Source of the DNA: a bacterium
GTDB taxonomy: Bacteria > Desulfobacterota > Binatia > HRBIN30 > CADEER01
Direction: 5' to 3'
DNA: 64,000 bases
Assembly: GCA_031401035.1 (NCBI GenBank)
Contig: JANNRA010000112.1
Location: 2,628 to 66,627, forward strand
A model generated the notes under the pieces. The model had not been told where the DNA came from. It did no database searches and saw nothing but the letters and a program-made list of their open reading frames with translations. The number at the start of each line of letters is the position of its first letter. Positions within the stretch are counted from its first letter, which is position 1. This document shows, piece by piece, positions 28,101 to 36,635 of this stretch. Made by a program: the position numbers and the translations under genes.

Positions 28101-30903
28101 AGAAGCCGCCGACGAGGCGCTTGCGGTGCGAGTAGTAGCGGTGCCGGAAGGCGTCGACCTCCACCGCCACATCGGCCACCGGCCGGCCGCGCGTGTCGAG
28201 CACGGCGACCTTGGCGTCGAGGCCGTCGCGCTGCCCGGCCCAGTGTTCGGCGGCGATGCCGGGCAGCAGCGCCGCCGGCCACAACGGCGTCGTCGCCGCG
28301 GCGGTCTGTACCTCGCCGTTGGGGTCGCGGTACTCGATCTCGGCGACCAGTTCGCGCGGCGTCTGCACCGCCGGCAGGCCGCCGATCTCGGCCCGCGCCG
28401 TGCCGGCGGCGTCGAGCGTCAGCGTCTGCGTGCTCAGCACGGCGGTCGACTCGGCGCTGTCCGACGCCTGCTCCTCCGACTGGCGCTGGCGCACGACGCC
28501 TTCGCGCACGGCCCCGTTGGCGAAAGTGAACGACTCGAAGGCCGCGTTGCGCGGCGCCGCGCGCTCGCGCACCTGGGCGCGCAGCACCACCGGCAGCTCG
28601 CCGGCGGCGCCGCCGGCGAGATAGCGGACGGCGAGGTCGACCGGCGCGGAGGGGGCGGCGACCAGCGGCTCGGCCGGCAGTTGCACCGTCGCCTTCATCA
28701 GCGGCACGCGGAACTGCTCGACGCGGAAGCTGCCGGCGGTGACCTCGCGGCCGGCGGCGTTGGCCATGGCGATCTCGTACTGGCCGAGCTTGGCGCCGGG
28801 CGGGATCGGCCAGTCCTGGGTGGCGAGGCCGTCGCCGTCCCAGCTGAGCGGGAGGTCGTAGGTCTCGCTGCTGCCGAGGTGGCGCACGATCGCCTTCACC
28901 GGCCGCGCCTCGCCCTCGACCGCGGCGAAGCCGGCCAGCGTCTGGGCGCGCAGGACGTGCTTCATGTGCACCGTGTCGCCGGCGCGGAAGAGGGCGCGGT
29001 CGAGGATGGTGTGCGCCAGCACCGGCGCGTCGTCGCGCTCGGCGGGCAGATTGAAGCGCCACGCTTCGAGGCCGCGCCCCCAGGACGAGTGGACGAAGCC
29101 GAGGTCGCCGCTGGTTTCGGCGGTGACCAGCAGGCCGCCGTCGAGGCCGGTCAGCGCCGCGGCGGAGTAGTGGTCGCGGTAGTCGATGCCGGTGAAGTCC
29201 TTGTAGCGGTCGCCGTCGGGACAGTACTTCGCCGCGCCCGGCGCCGGCAGGCCGGTGAAGCGCGCCAGGCCCTGCGCGTCGGTGACGCCGCTGGCGAGCA
29301 CCGCGCCGCTGCAGTCCTGCACCGCGACGCGCGCGCCGGCAACCGGCGCCGCCGCGTCGAGCGTCGTCACCCAGGCCAGCGCGTTCTCGCGCGCCCACTT
29401 GAAGTGAACCGCCAGGTTGGTGACCAGGGCACCGCCCGGCACGAACAGCGGCTTGTCCTCGCCGAGCAGCGCGGCACCGAGGCGCGGGCTGCTGAGTTCG
29501 ACGAGATAGAGGCCGGGCCGGTCGAACGGGATGCCGACCACCTGCATCGTCTCCGGCCCGTCGGGCTGCGGCAGCGTGAAGCTGCGCGACGCGGTGCCGG
29601 CGGGCAGGTCGGCGAACATCGAGCGGTCGCGCCGCGCCGCCGCCAGGCGGTGCAGCCAGGGCAGCACGTCCTCGGCACGCTCGACGCGTGCGACGCTGCC
29701 GCCGAGGCGGGCGTACAGGTCCCGCACTGTTGCCGCCCAGCCGTCGGGGCGCTCGCGCGTCGCCCGCACCTCCTGGCCGCGCAGGTCGGGCTCGAGGTTG
29801 CGGATGGTCACCGGCAGGGCCGGGTCGGCCTCGGCCTCGAGCAGGCCGAAGCGAGCGGCGAACCTGGCCAGCGGCGGGTAGGGGGCGGTCTGCACCGTCG
29901 TCGGCGTGTCGGCGAGGGCGCGACCGGCGTCGTCGCGCAGATCGCTGGGCAGGGCGAGGCGCAGGGTGGTCGAGGCGGGGAAGGGCGGCGCGAACTCGAC
30001 GGCCGAGACGAAGTCGCTCGGCGTGTCCGCGGCGATCGGATCGCGGCTGGTGCCCTCGTCGCCGACCAGGCGCACCTGCCGCGCGGTCTCCCACGCCACC
30101 GGGGCGCTGAAGCGCAGCGCGATCGGCGTCAGCGGCGTGCAGTCGGCCTTGGCGTTCTCGCGCTCGCAGGTCACCTCGGCGGTGAAGCGCGGGCGGGTCT
30201 GGTAGGACAGCACCTGGTCGGCGGCGGTGGCGATGCCGGACGGGCTGGCGATGCCGGCGCCCCACACCAGGCGCACCGCGGCGGCGTCGGGGAAGGTCTG
30301 CCGCGCCGCCAGCAGCACGAACGGCGGCGTCGGCTTCATCCAATAGGGCAGGCCGGCGACGACCGCCTCGCGCTCGGGGCCGTCGAGGAGGCGGACGCCG
30401 ACGCGTTCGCTCAGTCCCGCCACCTCGAAACCGGCGCGGGCGAGGATCGAGTCCGGCGTCGCCTCGCCGTCGAGTTGCAGGACGAAGACCTGCTGCGCGT
30501 CGATGCGGTCGCTACCGTCGCCCGGCACCGCCGCGGTGATCGCCGGTCCGCCGGTGGAGAAAGCGAAGCGCGCCGGCGTCACCGCCGCGCCGGCGCGGCT
30601 CTTCAGGTCGGCGCGCAGCGCGAAGGTGCAGCGGGTGCCGGCGGGCAGGTCGCGCTCGAAGTCGTAGGCCCAGGTGCGTACGTCGACCCAGCGCGCCGTG
30701 CCCGGCACCGCGCACTCGACGGCGAACGGCGCCGCGACGTCGCGCAGGTCGCCGAAGGGCACCATCGGCGCCGAGAACACCGCCGTCGCCTGGCGCACCT
30801 GCTTCACCTCGCCCTGCGGCGCGAAGCGCTCCACCGTCACCGCCGCCGGCGCCGCCGTCGCGGCCCCCACCATCATCAGGATCACCGCCGCCAGTTGCCG
30901 CAT
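25126..30903 (-). CDS. bacterial alpha-2-macroglobulin (YfhM-like), secreted, about 1926 aa
   Basis: Start at MRQLAAVILMMVGAATAAPA (signal peptide; no lipobox Cys). It carries the thioester motif CLEQ (RYPYTCLEQQTS) and has MG-domain architecture. Confidence 0.9.
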   Translation of the reverse strand: MRQLAAVILMMVGAATAAPAAVTVERFAPQGEVKQVRQATAVFSAPMVPFGDLRDVAAPFAVECAVPGTARWVDVRTWAYDFERDLPAGTRCTFALRADLKSRAGAAVTPARFAFSTGGPAITAAVPGDGSDRIDAQQVFVLQLDGEATPDSILARAGFEVAGLSERVGVRLLDGPEREAVVAGLPYWMKPTPPFVLLAARQTFPDAAAVRLVWGAGIASPSGIATAADQVLSYQTRPRFTAEVTCERENAKADCTPLTPIALRFSAPVAWETARQVRLVGDEGTSRDPIAADTPSDFVSAVEFAPPFPASTTLRLALPSDLRDDAGRALADTPTTVQTAPYPPLARFAARFGLLEAEADPALPVTIRNLEPDLRGQEVRATRERPDGWAATVRDLYARLGGSVARVERAEDVLPWLHRLAAARRDRSMFADLPAGTASRSFTLPQPDGPETMQVVGIPFDRPGLYLVELSSPRLGAALLGEDKPLFVPGGALVTNLAVHFKWARENALAWVTTLDAAAPVAGARVAVQDCSGAVLASGVTDAQGLARFTGLPAPGAAKYCPDGDRYKDFTGIDYRDHYSAAALTGLDGGLLVTAETSGDLGFVHSSWGRGLEAWRFNLPAERDDAPVLAHTILDRALFRAGDTVHMKHVLRAQTLAGFAAVEGEARPVKAIVRHLGSSETYDLPLSWDGDGLATQDWPIPPGAKLGQYEIAMANAAGREVTAGSFRVEQFRVPLMKATVQLPAEPLVAAPSAPVDLAVRYLAGGAAGELPVVLRAQVRERAAPRNAAFESFTFANGAVREGVVRQRQSEEQASDSAESTAVLSTQTLTLDAAGTARAEIGGLPAVQTPRELVAEIEYRDPNGEVQTAAATTPLWPAALLPGIAAEHWAGQRDGLDAKVAVLDTRGRPVADVAVEVDAFRHRYYSHRKRLVGGFYGYEHVEETTPLGRVCAGATDAQGLFACRAAAPADGEIILQVRVRDDAGRGAAAHSSVYVDGDDPGGFAVDAADRMDVLPEKREYAPGETARLQVRMPFQRATALVTVEREGIAEARVLQIGGGEPRVEVPVLGPYAPNTFISVLAVRGRVADTQPTAMVDLGKPAFKLGLAEIRVGWRAHALSVDVQADRPTYRVRDTAVVRVAVRDGDGAPPPPGSEVALVAVDEGLLELAPNPSWDLLEAMMGRRGYDVRTATAQLEVIGKRHYGRKALPAGGGGGRQATRELFDTLLLWSGRVPLDAQGHATVEVPLNDSLTAFRIVAVATAGLGRFGSGATEIRTTQELMLLSGLPPLVRHGDRFPAQFTLRNTTDRPLEVQVSLTVESPATDAAPGSLEGAAPSAPVASGGAASIQQAPTGRRPPGETPPQQVLAPQALTLAPGESRVVEWPVIVPADGDQLRYTVQAVAGGVADRLAVTQQVREAVPVRTLQATLLRADQPLRIPVARPADAFPSRGGLVVAAAASLAGTAGGVADYLRRYPYTCLEQQTSIRVGLDDQAGWTTLAAALPSYLDGDGLLKFFPTLSHGSEVLTAYVVSITAAAGWEIPAATRDRLIAGLRGFVEGSIRRESPLGAPDLTLRKLAALDALTRLGAGDPAMLGSISVEPNLWPTSAVLDWWSILQRLPTLPDRAARLAAVEQIVRARLNLQGTTMGFSDEAGDGLWWLMASADQNAVRLLLHTVEFGLWKDDAARLLHGALGRQRRGHWDTTLANAWGVLALRRFAAAFEATPVSGVTALRLGTASEELAWAPTPGGPARFAWPAAPATLTVEQRGAGAPWITVTSRAAIPLGAPLSSGYRISKTVTPLDPHQVGRLSRGDRLRVRVDVEAQSDMTWVVLDDPIPPGASHLGTGLARDSQLANGGSSDVAAPDFVERRFDAYRGYFQFLPKGRTSVEYDVRLNQSGRFDLPPTRAEALYAPEMFGESPNKAVEVAP
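26840..26920. repeat. family B palindromic repeat inserted in-frame inside the alpha-2-macroglobulin coding sequence
   Basis: GGAGGGCGGCGCCCCGTCGGCGCCTGTTG...CAACAGGCGCCGACGGAGCGGCGCCCTCC. It is translated as ..LEGAAPSAPVASGGAASIQQAPTGRRPPGE.. with no frame break. Confidence 0.7.
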
Positions 30904-31072
30904 GGGGACGTTTGTCCACTGCCGCCGGTGAATCCGCAAGCTCCTCGCGGGTGGAATCCGCAAGCGGCTCGCCCGCGAAGGCAGGGACCTGGAGACGGAG
31001 GCTAACGCTGGGCCGATTGGGATCCGCGCACGGCCGCGCAATCCGAATTACAGCGGGAATTCATACTGCCGC

Positions 31073-34000
31073 TTGCCATTCATTACGAGTTGCAGGCTAA
31101 AAGGATCCGTGCGCGTTTCGTGGCCGCTCGTCGCGGGCCTTGCGCTGGTTGCGGCGGTGCCGGCCGTAGCGCAGTCGCCCGCCTACTTGGTCAAGGACAT
31201 CAACCGTGCGTCGGTCGATCCCTTCACGTCGGGGGCCTACCCCCTGGGCTTCGTCCTTCTCGGCGGGCGTGCCTACTTCACTGCCGGCGATGCCGCGCAC
31301 GGTCGCGAGTTGTGGCGCTCTGACGGTACGCCTGGCGGCACCACCTTGGTAGCTGACCTAAATCCGGGCCAGGATGACAGCTCGCCGCGCGACCTCACCG
31401 TCATCGATGGGGCGCTGTGGTTCCGCGCCTGGGATGGCCGTCGGGGTTGCGGCGTGTGGCGTAGCGACGGCAGTCCCGCCGGGACGCGGCTGGTGGCGAT
31501 CGTGCACGGTCGCTTCTTCGAGTGCGCCGAGGACGCACGCGAGGGCGGGCAGCCGACCGGATTCGCCGGAATCGCCGGCGCGGTGTTGTTTGCAGCCCGC
31601 ATCGGCGATGGCGGCAGCGAATTGTGGCGCACTGACGGCACGGAGGCCGGCACTGAGCCGTTGCTCGACATCAACCCGGGCGACGCTCCCAGTATGCCTC
31701 GCGGCTTGGTGACCCATGGCGGGGCGGTGTACTTTGCCGCCGACGACGGCGTCCGGGGCACGGAGCTGTGGCGCAGCGACGGCACGGCAGCGGGGACGCG
31801 CCTGGTGCGCGATATCGATCCCGGTGCGCCATCGGGCCTCCAGCCGGCGTCCCTCGCCGACCCGTACTTCTTTCCTGTGCGGCTGTATGTCGTGAGCGGC
31901 GGCCTCGTGTTCGCGGCCTTCGACAGCACACATGGCGTGGAGCTGTGGCGCAGCGATGGCAGCGAAGCAGGGACGTCGATGCTGCTCGACAGCGAACCAG
32001 ACTCGCTTCTCAACGGGCTGCGATTCATGGGTCGAATCGTCCCACCCTTCGTGGCGCTCGATGCGGGTTCCGTCGCCTTCTTCAGCGTCACCGCCACCGA
32101 GGCGCCGGCCCGCCTTCTCGTCTGGCGCAGCGATGGCACCGCGCTGGGCACCACGGCGATGGCCGCGGTAGACTATATGAGTCCGGGGTACATCGGCTCC
32201 CCGCCAGGGGATGCCGCGCGCCTCGGAACAGGACTGGTTTTCAGGGTCGCCGAGCAGGGCGCTACTTCCCTCTGGCGCGTCGATGGTGCGGGCGGCGAGC
32301 CGCAGCGCGTCACCGTGCCCACGCTTCGCGTCGGTGCCATGACGGTGCTGGGCCAGCAGGTGCTGTTCTTCGCCAGCACCGGAACCTCCCGGTGTGGTCT
32401 GTGGCGCAGCGACGGCACACAGGCCGGAACGATTCTGCTGCGCGACGTCGCACCCACTCGCGGCGAGTGTCCGGAGGACTTCGACATCGAGCTGCCCGGA
32501 CACCGCACCGCGGTGGTTGATGGGCGGGTGCTGCTGGCGGCGGACGAGGACGAGCAGGGGGTGGAACTGTTCGCCAGCGATGGCAGCGTCTCGGGAACGG
32601 GTCTGCTGGGGGACCTCAACGACACTCGTCTGCGCACGGGTGGCGTTGGTCTGGAGCTACATGGGTCCTTGGACGATCGTCTCTTCTTCTCGACCTTCGG
32701 CGGCGCGGCATCGGACCTGGATACCGTAGGCGCGCCTACCGGACTCTGGGCTACCGATGGCACGCAAGCGGGAACGGTGCTCCTCGGCGAGATGACTCCG
32801 TGGTGGGGCGGCGCGGTCGGCGATTACTTCGTCCTCGCCGGCCCAGATGGCGTTGGATCTGCGATCTGGGCGAGTGATGGTACTCCAGCCGGAACGCGGG
32901 TGATCGCCTCTGGCGTCGGAGTGAGTCGCGCCCCGATCACCACGTCCAAGGGGCTCTTCCTCCAGGTCAACAGCCCCAGCGAGTCCGAGCGCCAACTCTG
33001 GCGCAGCGACGGAACGGCCTCGGGGACGAAGCGCGTCATCGGGTTCCCCTTGGAGGGCTACTCGACGTCCTTTGGCGCCTGGGCCGCCTTTGGCCGTGGC
33101 CTGGTCTTCATCATCAATAATCGGGACGGAGGCGAGTTGTGGCATACCGACGGAACGATCGGCGGCACCGATCGCATCGAGGTGTTTCCCAACGCCGTCG
33201 CTGACGCGATGATGGAAGTCGACGGGACACTCTTCCTCCACGTTCTTCCCTTTGGCGCTGCCAGGGGCAGCCAACTGTGGCGAACTGATGCAACGGTGGC
33301 CGGCGCAGTGCTCATCCAAGATTTCGCGACCTCGCCGACGCCGGCTCGCGTGTTCTGGCTCGCCGCAGGACCTGGCGCTCTCTTCTTCTCCGCTGGAGAC
33401 GTGCTGTCCGGACTCGAACTCTGGCGTTCCGACGGAACCGCCCCTGGCACGCGGCGCGTGCGCGATGTCGCGCCGGGTCCGACTGGTGCGCTGGTGGATC
33501 CGGCTGGAAGGATTCTCCAGCAGACCGGCGTGGCCCGCGGCGCGCTGGTGTTCATCGCCGACGACGGGGCGCACGGTCCAGAGCCGTGGCGAAGCGACGG
33601 CACGGAGGCGGGGACGACGCTGCTGCGCGATTTCGACCCGCGCCTGCCCGTGGCGCTGGCTAACGGCTTGGCGCTGTCGCTGGCGGACGTCGGCGACCGA
33701 GTCCTGTTGGCACCCCTTGACCGCGACGCCGGCGTCGAGCCGTGGATCACCGACGGCACGGCCCCGGGTACGCGCCGCCTGGCTGACATCGCACCAGGGG
33801 TCCGCTCGGGGTTGAAGAGCGGGGCGCCCTTCGCCTCCACGCGCACCCATGTATTCTTCGGCGCCGATGACGGGAGCAGTGGCTACGAGCTGTGGGCCAT
33901 GCCGCGCGGCGCCTTCGAGGGCGGCGGCTGCGCCGGCGATTGCAACGGCGACGGACGCGTCGCCATCGACGAACTGGTACGTGGGGTTGGGATCGCACTC

Positions 34001-34108
34001 GGCACTACCGCCCTCGACACCTGCCTCGGGTTAGACGCCGACGTGGATGAGACCGTGTCGATCGCCGAGCTGGTCGGCTCCGTTGCCGACGCGCTCGGCG
34101 GGTGCTGA
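31073..34108 (+). CDS. secreted ELWxxDGT-repeat protein with a dockerin-like C-terminal domain
   Basis: There are at least 12 repeats of the (E/G)LWRSDGT(x)AGT pattern. The signal peptide is VRVSWPLVAGLALVAAVPAVAQ; an alternative GTG start lies at 31109. The C-terminus reads CAGDCNGDGRVAIDELVRGVGIALG...DADVDETVSIAELVGSVADALGGC. Confidence 0.8.
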   Translation: MPFITSCRLKGSVRVSWPLVAGLALVAAVPAVAQSPAYLVKDINRASVDPFTSGAYPLGFVLLGGRAYFTAGDAAHGRELWRSDGTPGGTTLVADLNPGQDDSSPRDLTVIDGALWFRAWDGRRGCGVWRSDGSPAGTRLVAIVHGRFFECAEDAREGGQPTGFAGIAGAVLFAARIGDGGSELWRTDGTEAGTEPLLDINPGDAPSMPRGLVTHGGAVYFAADDGVRGTELWRSDGTAAGTRLVRDIDPGAPSGLQPASLADPYFFPVRLYVVSGGLVFAAFDSTHGVELWRSDGSEAGTSMLLDSEPDSLLNGLRFMGRIVPPFVALDAGSVAFFSVTATEAPARLLVWRSDGTALGTTAMAAVDYMSPGYIGSPPGDAARLGTGLVFRVAEQGATSLWRVDGAGGEPQRVTVPTLRVGAMTVLGQQVLFFASTGTSRCGLWRSDGTQAGTILLRDVAPTRGECPEDFDIELPGHRTAVVDGRVLLAADEDEQGVELFASDGSVSGTGLLGDLNDTRLRTGGVGLELHGSLDDRLFFSTFGGAASDLDTVGAPTGLWATDGTQAGTVLLGEMTPWWGGAVGDYFVLAGPDGVGSAIWASDGTPAGTRVIASGVGVSRAPITTSKGLFLQVNSPSESERQLWRSDGTASGTKRVIGFPLEGYSTSFGAWAAFGRGLVFIINNRDGGELWHTDGTIGGTDRIEVFPNAVADAMMEVDGTLFLHVLPFGAARGSQLWRTDATVAGAVLIQDFATSPTPARVFWLAAGPGALFFSAGDVLSGLELWRSDGTAPGTRRVRDVAPGPTGALVDPAGRILQQTGVARGALVFIADDGAHGPEPWRSDGTEAGTTLLRDFDPRLPVALANGLALSLADVGDRVLLAPLDRDAGVEPWITDGTAPGTRRLADIAPGVRSGLKSGAPFASTRTHVFFGADDGSSGYELWAMPRGAFEGGGCAGDCNGDGRVAIDELVRGVGIALGTTALDTCLGLDADVDETVSIAELVGSVADALGGC

Positions 34109-34239
34109 GCGGAGGGCTCGCCGTCAGCGCGCCGGATCGAACGCCGAAGCGGCGGTAGCCGGCCGCTCGCGCCGCGAAATCGCCGCTTCGCCCGGCCGGG
34201 CTTCCGTCTCCGGGTGGGCTCGGATAGGCCTCACCGTTC

Positions 34240-35592
34240 ATGGCGCAGCGCGAGGTGCCGGTCGGCACCAAGGTCCGCTACGGGCTCGGCGAGCTCGGGC
34301 TGAATCTGAAGAACGAGGTCGTCAATCGCTACCTGCTGTTCTTCTACGCCGACACGCTGCTGGTGAATCCGGCCCTGGTCGGTCTGATGATGCTGCTCGG
34401 CAAGGTCTGGGACGCCGTCACCGACCCGGCCATGGGCTACCTGTCGGACACGACGCGCTCGCGCTGGGGCCGGCGCCGTCCCTACGTGCTCATCGGCGCG
34501 CTGCCGATGGGCTTCTTCTTCTACCTGCTCTTCGCGCCGCCGCTCGGGCTGAGTTCGTCCGGGCTGCTCTGGTACCTGCTCGCCGTCACCGTCGCGCTCT
34601 ACACCTTCTTCACCATCTTCACGATTCCATATCTCGCCTGTGGCGCCGAGCTGGCGCGCGGCTACCACGAGCGCACGGCGGTGGTGCAGATCCGCTCGCT
34701 GTGCGGCCTGGTCGGCGGCATCGTCGGCGCGGCGCTGCCGTTGGCGCTGGTCAGCGGCAGCGCCGACGTGCGCGGCGGCTATGCGCAGATGGCGCTGGTG
34801 CTCGGCATCGTCATCGCGGCGGTGACCCTGGTGCCGGCGCTGACGGTGCGCGACGAGGGCCGCGAGCGGCTGCCCGACGCCAGCCTGGCGCACTTCGTCG
34901 CCGGCCTGCGCCACACCTTCGCCAACCGCGACTTCCGCATCATCTTCGCGGTCTTCTGCCTGATGACCACCTCCGGCGCGATGGGCACGGCGATCCAGAT
35001 CATCGTCGTCAAGTACCGCCTCGGCCTGGAGGCGCAGTTTCCGTACATCGCGCTCACCTTCGGCCTCAGCTACGCGCTGTCGTTTCCGTTCTGGCTGGCG
35101 GTGTCGCAGCGCCTCGGCAAGAGCCGGGCGCTGCGCCTCGGCCTGATGCTCGGCTGCGTGGCGCCGTTCGGCTGGTTGCTGGTGCAGCCGGGGCAACTCG
35201 GCGCCATGCTGGCATTCATGGTCGTCGCCGGCGCGGCGACCGGCTGCCTGACGCTGGCGGGGTCGCAGGCGATCGACGTCGTCGACGTCGACGAGTTGCA
35301 CACCGGCGAGTCGCGCGCCGGCGCCTACTTCGGCATCTGGGCCTTCGGGCTCCAGTTGGCGGTGGCGGTCGGGCAGTTCTGCGCCGGCATCCTGCTCGAC
35401 CTGGTCGGCTATGTGCCCGGGCCGAGGCAGTCGCCCGACACGCGGTGGTGGCTGGTCATGCTCGTCGGCCCGCTGCAGGCGCTGGTCACCTTCACCGGCC
35501 TGCTCGTCTTCCGCCGCGTCCGTTTCGAGGAGGGCGACGTCGCCCAGGTGCAGGCTGCCCTGGCCGCCCGCCGCGCCGCGACGGACCCCTGA
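34240..35592 (+). CDS. MFS transporter, glycoside-pentoside-hexuronide (GPH) cation symporter family
   Basis: The 450-aa protein has 12 predicted transmembrane helices. Its N-terminal GLGELGLNLKNEVVNRYLLFFY..D(x)xxG(x)LSD..RWGRRRPY is the GPH signature. Confidence 0.8.
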   Translation: MAQREVPVGTKVRYGLGELGLNLKNEVVNRYLLFFYADTLLVNPALVGLMMLLGKVWDAVTDPAMGYLSDTTRSRWGRRRPYVLIGALPMGFFFYLLFAPPLGLSSSGLLWYLLAVTVALYTFFTIFTIPYLACGAELARGYHERTAVVQIRSLCGLVGGIVGAALPLALVSGSADVRGGYAQMALVLGIVIAAVTLVPALTVRDEGRERLPDASLAHFVAGLRHTFANRDFRIIFAVFCLMTTSGAMGTAIQIIVVKYRLGLEAQFPYIALTFGLSYALSFPFWLAVSQRLGKSRALRLGLMLGCVAPFGWLLVQPGQLGAMLAFMVVAGAATGCLTLAGSQAIDVVDVDELHTGESRAGAYFGIWAFGLQLAVAVGQFCAGILLDLVGYVPGPRQSPDTRWWLVMLVGPLQALVTFTGLLVFRRVRFEEGDVAQVQAALAARRAATDP

Positions 35593-35634
35593 CCGCTGCT
35601 TCCCCACTCCCGCATTGCTCCCGGGGTTCCGCTT

Positions 35635-35749
35635 CCCTCTCCCGCATGACTTGCGAGAGGGCCAGGGTGAGGGCTCCTTCTCGGGTCCCCGCCGGTCCGG
35701 AGAAGGTCCCCTCTCCCCAACCCTCTCCCGCACGTCATGCGGGAGAGGG
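35635..35749. repeat. cluster of GAGAGGG / GGGTGAGGG hairpin repeats upstream of imuA
   Basis: CCCTCTCCCGCatgacTTGCGAGAGGGCCAGGGTGAGGG spans 35635-35673. A perfect hairpin CCCTCTCCCGCA-cgtca-TGCGGGAGAGGG spans 35721-35749. Confidence 0.65.
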
Positions 35750-35825
35750 GGTCGGAAAACTGCATGAGAGCAGGGGCCGGAAACTGCCATTGCCCAGGGG
35801 CGAAAATTAGGCGAAAACCTCCCCC

Positions 35826-36566
35826 GTGGCTGCCACTGCACGGGAACGACTCGCCGCCCTGGACCTGCCGGGGACGGTGCGCTTCGGCGCGCCGACCGCC
35901 GACGCGGTGCGCCGCCTGCCGGTGGGCATCGCGGCGCTCGACGCGCTGCTCGGCGGCGGCCTGCCGCGCGGCTACCTGAGCGAGCTGGTCGGCGGCCGCG
36001 CCAGCGGCCGCACGGCGGTGCTGTACGCGCTGCTGGCGGCGACGACGCGCGCCGGCGAGGTGGCGGCGGTGGTCGACCTGCCCGACGCGCTCGATCCCGC
36101 CAGCCTGGCGCGCGCCGGGGTGCAGCTCGAGCGCGTGCTGTGGGTACGCCCGCCGGCGCCGCGCGCCGCCCTGCAATGCGCCGAGTTGATCCTCGCCGCC
36201 GGCGGCTTCGCGCTCGTCGCGCTCGACCTCGACGGGCCGCCGGCGCGCCTGTCGCGCGCCGCCTGGCCGCGCCTCGCCCAGGCGGCGCGGCGCGCCGGCG
36301 CGGTCTGTGTCGTCAGCGGCGCGCAGCGCCGCGCCGAGGGCGCCGCGGCGCTGGCGCTGCAGCTCGACGCGCGCCGCGTGCACTGGAGCGCGCACCTGCT
36401 CGACGGCCTCGCCGCCACCGCGACGCTGACGCGCAGCCGCTTCGGCGCGGCGGGGCAGGTGGCGACGATCGTCGTCGGCGAGGAACTATCGACGTTCAAC
36501 GCGCACCTCTCCGTCGCCCGCAAGCAGATGCAGCTCCCCTCTCCCGCCGGGAGAGGGTCAGGGTGA
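35826..36566 (+). CDS. imuA: SOS mutagenesis protein ImuA (inactive RecA-fold)
   Basis: GTG start. A RecA-like Walker-A region (LSELVGGRASGRTAV) is present. It is the first gene of the imuA-imuB-dnaE2 cassette. Its last codons and stop are encoded by a GGGAGAGGGTCAGGGTGAGGGG hairpin repeat. Confidence 0.75.
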   Translation: MAATARERLAALDLPGTVRFGAPTADAVRRLPVGIAALDALLGGGLPRGYLSELVGGRASGRTAVLYALLAATTRAGEVAAVVDLPDALDPASLARAGVQLERVLWVRPPAPRAALQCAELILAAGGFALVALDLDGPPARLSRAAWPRLAQAARRAGAVCVVSGAQRRAEGAAALALQLDARRVHWSAHLLDGLAATATLTRSRFGAAGQVATIVVGEELSTFNAHLSVARKQMQLPSPAGRGSG

Positions 36567-36635
36567 GGGGAGCAGACCTCCATGCCGCCGATCGTTTCCC
36601 GTGTCTCCGTGCCTCCGTGGTGAAAGGCATTTTCT

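Noticed and set aside
25357-31005. 1882-aa ORF on the plus strand
   Set aside because: It lies entirely antisense to the alpha-2-macroglobulin gene. The A2M gene has the thioester motif and a signal peptide. The antisense product is low-complexity.
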